Below are positions 25,901 to 34,900 of a stretch of 53,846 nt of DNA, piece by piece; positions within the stretch are counted from its first letter, which is position 1, and every line of letters begins with the position of its first letter. The position numbers were made by a program, and so were the translations under genes. The DNA is from a virus, in the IMG/VR virus record IMGVR_UViG_3300000558_000007. One strand, written 5' to 3'. Below the pieces are notes generated by a model. It did not search any database. It saw only the letters and a list, made by a program, of their open reading frames with translations, and was not told the DNA's origin.

Positions 25901-28900
25901 ATTTAAAAACAGACACTCCCGGCGCCAGCGATGCAAGCGCACAGCAAGAATCTACTCCAACCAACAATGGGAACTTGTCAGTGGCCCCGGGCCAAGCCGT
26001 GACCTGGAAGGACAAAAAAGGCAAGTCTTTTTCCGGTGAAGTGGTGCAAAAACAAGGGAAGTCTGGCCAAGTATGGCAAGTCATTAAGCCGGATGGTAAG
26101 AAAACATTTGTTCATGAGAAGAATTTTTATGTTGTGGATAAAGGTGCGCCTGTTGAATCAGAAAACATTCATAATTTTGACACAATGGTAAAGGAAGCTG
26201 CTCGTTGGCGCGGAGCTGCCATGAATGTAGCCGAACGTGTCTCAGGAGATAAAAAGAAGGCACTGGCACTTTCAAAGCAGACGACAAAGGGTGATCTTGA
26301 TGCGTACCTGATAAAAAAATACGACATCGATGAACTCACGGCAAGAGATGTTTCGAATGAATTGACACGCAAGGATATTAAGCCAGACAAGACAGCGGCC
26401 TTAGATGACTTTAAAAATGAGCCATGGTATCATCTTGGTTCAAATACCATTGAATCCGGTCCTGAATTGAGTGGTAGAGGTTCGCAAAACCCCAAAAATG
26501 ATCCACAAAGCGGTTTGCCGCCAACCGATGAGCCACAAAGTTACGAAGACAAACAAGGCAGCCTCTTTGAAGAACAGACCGACCAAAGAAGAATCCCTGG
26601 AAGCAAAACGGGCGATCTTGCAGGGGGCAATGAAAGACGCTATGCGGATACCGGAGGAAAAGAAATTTCCTCTCAACAAGAAGTAAAACCCAGTGTTCTT
26701 CCAACAAACAAGCTTGACAAGCAAGAGCCAAAGCAAGAACCCTGGATGCAAACTCAAGAAGATTATTTAAAGTCAAATAAAATCGATCTCAAGAATAGGA
26801 ACAAAAAAGGCGATGCAATAACAGCCCACTTACAATCTGTAAAAGAAGCTTACAGAAACGGATTGAACGTCCCTGAAGAGAATTTAAAGCGATATGGTTT
26901 GAGTGGGGAAGATCCGGAAATGGATGCACTTGAGCGGTTTGATGCAAAACAAAAAGCGAAAGATAAAGACACATATGGCGCAAAGAACAAAGTCTTCACC
27001 GCCGAAGCCGCAGACAAAGCCAGGGATCTTTTAAGAAAAAAGCTGTCCGGAAATCAGTTAAATTCAGGCATTGACCCGGAAATCATGTTGGCAGGCATCC
27101 AGCTTGCCGGGTATCACATTGAGGCAGGGGCACGTACCTTTGCCGAATATTCAAAGGCAATGATTCAGGATGTCGGCGACGCGGTAAAACCATATCTGAG
27201 ATCCTTTTATGAAGGTGTCAGGCATTTCCCAGAATTCGATTCTGGTGGGATGACATCATCCATTGAACTCGACGGCAAGACAGAATCAGGAAATATTGAT
27301 AATTATACAACAGAGGAGAATAAAAATGTCGCTCAGTACGATACCGGCACCGATTCTGAACGAAATCGCGGAAACTCAAGAACTATCGACGGATTGGGCG
27401 AAGAGAACATTTCCGATGGATCAGGACCAGCAACGGGAGCAGACGGAACTGGAGTACGATCAGTTGATAAAGAAGGTGTCTCCGGACGTGGCGAAGGCAG
27501 TCCTGGATATGAAACTCCTCCTGCTGGAAAACGTGGCGATCAGTCGCCATATTCAACGGACGGACCGGACGGGCCTGAGGGCAGCAATGCCGGAAGTGAC
27601 AACGATACAAGAGGCGGTGATGTTGGCTTCGATGGAAAACAACCTGACCGCATCCCAACAAAAGGTGTTGTCGATACAGCTCAAAAAGGAAGTGACCTTG
27701 AATCAAAAATAGCCGATCAAAAAAAAGCGGCACGTATCAAGACGGTGAATGCCGATCTATCCAACATTGAAACGACACTACCAATTCTTCACCCGGGGCA
27801 ACATGAGGATGTTCTGTTCGCTGAAACCAGGTTTTTAAAGCCTGATGGCCATGGCGTTATGTTAACCAATGGCACAGGCACCGGGAAAACTTTTTCCGGG
27901 CTTGGCATCATCAAACGGTTTGAGCGTGACGGCAAAAAGAACATATTGGTGATTGCTCCGGATAACGTGATCATTAATGCCTGGACAAAAGCCGCCAGGC
28001 TGTTTGATATTTCCATGCACAAGCTTTATGACACTAAAGATGTCGGCCAGGATATCACAATCACGACATACGCCAATTTTAGGGACAACAAGACACTTGT
28101 TTCCAGGGATTGGGATCTGGTTATCGCTGATGAGTCACACGAACTGAGCATGAATAAAGCAGGCGGAAAAACCGAGTCTTTGACAATGTTCCGAGCCATA
28201 ACGAAACATCCGAGAGGGGTGCAGGACCGGGCTGAATTTTTACATCCGGATTTATTCGCTGCCAGGGGAGATTCAAAGAAGGCTGATGATGCATGGCAAA
28301 AAGCTCTTGACGAGGTAAGACAAGACGTTTCTAACAGCCAGCAATCAAAAGCCGTTTTCCTTTCAGCAACCCCGTTTGCATACGAAAAAAACATTGATTA
28401 TGCCGAGGGTTACCTTTTCAATTATGGAGCAGACCGTGACAATATCGGCTATAATTCAACCGATGCATACCAGCAATTCATGGTTGAGCATTTTGGCTAC
28501 AGGATGAGGTACAATAAGCTCACCGAACCGGATGCCGAGGTTGATCGTGGGGTGATGCAAAGACAGTTCAATTCATGGCTGAAAAAAGAAGGCGCTCTAT
28601 CCAGCCGGGTTTTATCAGTCGATTACGACTATGACAGGCGGTTTATCTTAACAGAGTCTGCCGTAGGTCAGAAAATCGACGACGGATTTGCATTCCTGCA
28701 TGAGAATTACAAAGAGTATAACGAACTGACCTCTTTCATAAAAGATGGTTTTGATTATTTGCAACGGCGGTATCTCCTTGAGGCGATCAAAGCCAAAGAG
28801 GTTATCCCGATCATAAAAGATCATCTTGCGCATGGCCGAAAGGTCGTTGTCTTTCATGACTATATCAAAGGCGGGACAACAAACCCATTTAATGTCAAAG

Positions 28901-31900
28901 AGTTGATAGACAGCGATTTTTACAATGGGAAATTAAAAGAGCAGGCAGAAAAGTTGACCGATGCACGACCGGACTTGGTGAACCTTCCTATCAAGAACCT
29001 TCCTGCTCCGTTGGCAACACTCAAGGCAGCTTTCCCGGGACTTCTTGTTGTCAATGGTCAAACAGTTTCAAAAAAAGAGATGCAGGAGAATATCAATACT
29101 TTTAACGATGACGCTTCGGGGCCATGTGTGTTGATGGTGCAATCGGATAAAGATAAGGGGTGGTCAGGGCATGACACGACAGGTAAGCACCAGCGGGTTT
29201 TAATCAATCTTGGTTTGCCGACACGTCCAACACGGGCTATTCAGCAGGAGGGAAGAATTTACCGGGTGGGCCAGGCCAGTGATGTAATGTTTCGTTATTT
29301 GAATACCGGTACAAATTGGGAGCGGTGGGCATTTGCCTCCACCATAGCCCAACGTGCGTCTGCGGCTGAAAATCTGGCAATGGGTGAAAGCGCCAGAAGT
29401 TTGCAGGATTCTTTTATTGATGCGTTTGAAGCCTCTGACAATTATCATGCTGGAATGCCCAATGAAGGGAAGGGTGGGAAAGAGCAGGACGCAACAAACA
29501 ACGCGGCGTTGACAGAATGGGACCGGGCCACATCATTTTATTTCGGACAGCAAAAAAAGACTGCCAGGACAAAGGCGAAAGAGGGCAAGGATTATTTTGC
29601 CACCCCGGAGCCGCTTGGACTTAAAATGGTTGAGTGGGCAGGCATAGAAAGTGGGGATAGTGTTCTTGAGCCGTCTGCCGGTCATGGTGCTATTGCGCGC
29701 TGGTTCCCCGGGAATGTTGATGTTACGGCCATTGAACCATCCGATGAATTATCCAGCCGGTTAAAAATGGTTGCACCAGATGCAAAGGTTCTCCAGGATG
29801 ATTTTGAGAATCATCACCTCACAAATAAATATGACGCTATTATGATGAACCCGCCGTTCGGATCGGCTGGCAAAACAGCCATGGAGCATGTTGAGAAGGC
29901 GTTTAAACATTTGCGGGACGGTGGCCGGCTTGTTGCGATTGTACCCCGAGGTCCTGCCATGAATAAACGTGTGGATAAGTTTCTTTATGGAGAGGATCTG
30001 GACGGAAAACTCTTAAACCCGAATGCTCACCTGATGGCTGAATTCCTTTTGCCTGAATCGACATTTGAACGGGCCGGGACAAAGGTGGTTTCAAGGGTTA
30101 TTATCATCGACAAAAAAGCAGGTGATGTTAAACCGTATCATCAATTGTCATTGGACTATTCAGGCGCCAAAGATCTTAAAGAATTTTTTGCAAGAATAGA
30201 GAACTCCGGTGCCCCTGCCAGAATCACAACGGAAGAACGGGATAGCGCTAAGTATTCAACCTCCACAGACAAAAAAGTAAATACAGATTCCGATTCGTTT
30301 CGGGAGTGGTTCGGCGATTCTCAGGTTGTGGATGAGAATGGTGAACCGCTGGTTGTTTATCATGGGACAAATGCCCATGTAACTCAATTTAAGAAGAAGT
30401 ATCTTGGATATGAAACAGAGTCAGGACCTGCTCAAAGAATAGCAAAAATTGGGTTTTGGTTTAATGAAAAACCAATGGCCATGAGGGAATATAGTAGAGA
30501 ATCTGCCGGAACAAATTATAAAGCTGATATGCCAGTTTACTTATCAATACAAGAACCTTTCCATACTTCTCTTTATGATTTATTTAATTATGCTGAAAAA
30601 AGGAAAGATATCGAGCAATATATTAAAGACATAAAAGCTGATGGATATGATGGCCTATCTGTAAACGATTCTGAATTTGGCGGTATTTCTTATGTCGCCT
30701 TCTCCCCCACCCAAATAAAATCCATCTACAACACCGGCACCTGGGACGGCAGCAATCCGGATATCAGGTATCAAATCGACTCCACCCCAGGCCAATTCCT
30801 AACACTCGACCAAATCAAAGACATTCCTATCGATGATGGGCGTATCATTATACGTTTTTCTGACGCCATAGATGAAGATTTATCAAGGGGATGGTCAGGA
30901 TTTATGGGTGAGAGGTCTGATAACTCACCTCAAGACGCTGTCATGCAAGAATTTGGACAAGATCTTAAATTTGAAGAAATAAATAATAATCTGTACTTCT
31001 TTTACGGCGAAGACGGTGAAAAATTAGGAGAGGTCAGAAAAGATAACAACACGGGTGACTGGGTCCATGTTGACCACGATGGAGTCGCCGGGTTCGCTAT
31101 AGAAACGGACGAATACGGGGATACTGTTGGGGAAATAATTGAGAGCTTAAAAAATACACCGTACCACCAATGGGATTTTTATGAATCAACAGACGAAGGT
31201 AAGATTTGGAAAGAAGACAATCCAGTGGTCTTGTTCTCAGGAGACGCCGGGGAAAATAAAAATATAAATATAATTCTCGTTGGGGCTTCAAAAGAGACTC
31301 TAAATAAATTTAAAAAACAATTAACAACAAACGCGCCGATATCAAAACTACAAACCAAAATAGACTCTCTTCCCGGCAAAGGGCTGTCCATAGACCAGAT
31401 CAAATCCCAATACAAAAATCAGCAGATCACAACTCAAAAAGACGGGACTTTGTCAATTCGCTTCACAAACGGCAAAGGCGTCAAAATAAGGGCTGTCGAT
31501 CATATCGGGGGCGATGATATTCAGGTTGCCCTGAAAAGCGGTAGGATGGACCGTGGTGGAGTCATTCTGGGAAAATACCAGGATGGAGAAATAACATTCA
31601 ACATGAACATGGCAAATATAGGTACCGCCATTCATGAAAACTATCATGCGCTCAAAGCTTTAGGCATGATCACCCCGGCAGACGAGAAAACACTCAACCA
31701 CTTCACCAAGATGCTCAAATCGCAGAAAAAATATCGGTACGATATCCAGGAAGACATGGAAGAAAACCAGGCAAACACTTTGGCTCAGCTCGTGGCTGAT
31801 CGGAAAAATTACCGGGAAGGATCAAATGTTCATGCGCTTATCCAGAAGCTTATGGACTTCTTTGATGCGTTGGTTCACATCGGCCGGCAGTCTGCCCGTA

Positions 31901-34900
31901 AGCTTGCCAGGGAATATGAGAGTGGGGATATTTATGGGCGTGAGGCAGAAACAAAGTCAAATCAGCTTTTAGATGGCGCACAATATTCAGTCTCTTCAGA
32001 CGTGACTGAGGAAGAACAAGCCACAGCATACAGCCAAATTTTATCCGGCCTGAAAAACGTTATCTCCAACCGAAAAAATAAAGGGCCAGAATATAAGCCG
32101 GATATCGGAGTGATTGAAGGCAACCTGGGTTTGATGTCTCATTACTCCGAAGGTATCCCGGCCATGAAAAGAACTTTTGATGAATTGCTGAAGCGCTCTG
32201 AATGGAAGTTTGAAAAAGAGAACGAACTTTCAAAGAACGGCAAAGAATCAATGATCGGCACCATGGATGATTTGAAAAAACACAATAAATCGGCTTATTC
32301 GTCCTTGAAAAAATATTTGCTGGACAGGGATATTAATCAGATCGGCTCCGTTCTTTATCAGGATGAAGATGGGGGATGGACCATTAAATCACCAAAAGAC
32401 GAGAAAACCGGCAAGAGAACCGTCTTAGAAGAAGGCATTGCGACGAAAAGAGAAGCCCGGAAGTTGGCAATTCAATACGAGATTGATGCATATCCGGATC
32501 CCGCCGGACGAGATGCCTTGAGAGCGTTTAGGTCTCTGACTGCAAACCTCCATGATTTTTATGCAAAATCCTGGGAAGACATTGTTAAGGACTATGAAGA
32601 GCGTGGGCTCTCTTTGCCTCAAGTGGTGACCAGAACAAAATCGGGAGAAGTCAGGATAGATTTGAAAGTAGCCCTGGCACAAATGGGAGACAGGTCGTCA
32701 TATTATTTCCCCCGGCAACGATCAAACGGTGACTGGATGGTTCATGCCGAAAAAAAAGGCGAACACGATTTTATTGAATATAGGGATAGTAAGATAGGCG
32801 CTGATTATCTGGCCGGTAAGCTTAAAGCACAAGGATACACTATTAAAGCTCACGAAGTGGATGGACAGATTATTGAAGGCCCTCAAAAAGTAGGCGGCAT
32901 ATCAGAAGACCTATACCAGGGAGTGAAAAACATCCTGGCCACACAATCCATGGTGAACCAGGCGTTGAGCGAAACCAAGCTGGATGCCAAACAAAGGACG
33001 TTGGGTGATATCGGATTGTCCGGGGAATGGCGCGGGAAAGATTATTTCATACCCAATGGAGGTGTTTACGAATGGTCATCTTCGGTTCTCAAAGACCTTG
33101 GTGGTCGTGAATATTCAGATCATGGCAAAGATGGTAGATCATGGTCACCCGGGTATTGGTTTGAAAGTGCTCCAAAAGACATCGAAGAACTGGTAACAAA
33201 TGCCTTGTATGTCTCCAGAGGGCAGGAAACAGATGTCTCTTTTGAGATTTCCCAGAGCCTGGCCAACCAACTTACAGACACGTTACGCGCCAGGGGGAGT
33301 CGGGCCAGGATGATTGCCAGGTCGGATGCCATCGGTAAAGATGTCCATATCGGATATGAAACGGACCCCGTGAGTGCCATTGCCCAGGCCGTGAATTCAG
33401 CCGCCGGAGGGTATGCAAAACAGCAGGTGGCTATGAACACGTCAAAGGCCATCACGGGCCAGCACTACACTTGGGCCGAATGGCAAGAACAGCATAATGA
33501 TTATGACGCCCTTGTCAGTGCCGAGGATGAGTTATCGGCATTGAAAAAAAATTCAGAGACAGAAGAAGAAAGAATTGCAGATATTGACCGTGAGATCAAA
33601 GATTTGCAACGGGAACGGACGGGGGTGGCAACTGAATCGGAAAAGTCCAGGCAAGATCGACTTTTCCGGATCGGAAAGTTGTTCCGTGAAAAAGAGAAAA
33701 TAAGAAAATGGGAAAACGATAAGCAGGCAGCAAAACTACACCAGGATATTGCACGACTGAGAAGCAATATCCATAAAGCATATCGGGAATATATCCAGGA
33801 CAATATGCTGGATCCGAAACGGCAGAAGCGTGCATATACTGACGCTGTAAACGCCGTTGAGAATGTCCTTAAAAATGACGAGGCCGGGGACCGGGCCATT
33901 AATACACTGAAAGGACTTGCATCGGTATGGTTTCTGGGCGGGCGTGTATCATCAGCCGCAATCAACCTCACAGCCATGGGTACTACGGTCCCGGCGGCCA
34001 TGGATGCGTATGGAGATATCCCCTTGCAACGGACAATGAAGCATATTGTCAAAGCCGGGAAAGCTTATATGTCTTTTGTGACGGGTAAGGGGAATGTGTC
34101 TCAATCAGACCGTTTGATCCTGGAAGATATTTTTTCCAGGGGGTGGGTAGCGGCTCAGCTGAACATGGAAACAGTTAATGCCCTGAAATCAGGCCCGGCT
34201 CAAAAATACGGCAAAGCTGTTGAACTGCTCATGATCCCGTTCAAAGTCACTGAAGAGTTTAACCGGGGCACAACAATCCTGGCGGCATACAAAGGGATCA
34301 TGGCAGAGAATCCGGGTATGAACCGTGAGGATGCTCTCTTAAAGGCTAAAAAGGTGTCCGACCGTGCCCATGGTATTTACGGGGTTGAAAACCAACCGGC
34401 ATTGCTTCGGAAGGGCCGGGGGCTCCGGGCGGCATCCGCCATGTATATCTTCCAGACATACATGCACAATTACCTGACAACGCTGGCCTATATGATCGGC
34501 AGAAAACAGGCAAAAGCGGCAACATACATGCTCCTGTCTCCTATGGTATTCGGCGGAGCTGCCAGCTCGCTCCTGATGCCAGCAATAAAGATGATATTTA
34601 AAGCCATGGATGAAGATGATCCTGAAGAAAAGATTTACCAAATTGCCGAAGAATTGTTTGGTGAAGCGGGTGGTGATGTCGCTCGTTATGGCTTACCGGG
34701 ACTGGCCGGGGTAAGCCTGAAAGGATCGCTGGCACCGAATCTGCCGGACTTCCAGGAGCCGTTGGATATTCTTGGCCCCATCGGTGGGATGATGCGGAAT
34801 ATTTATGACGGTGCCGTGAACATTACTCATGGTGATTACCTAAAGGGTATTGAAAAAATCAGTCCGCTTGCCATGGGGAATGTTGTCAAAGCTTATCGGG

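Noticed and set aside
33501-34052. 183-aa minus-strand ORF inside the giant gene (and many other 60-130-aa antisense or out-of-frame ORFs in 22939-35301)
   Set aside because: These have no RBS and low-complexity, S/R/C-rich translations. They are fully nested in a 12-kb ORF whose frame carries recognisable enzyme motifs.
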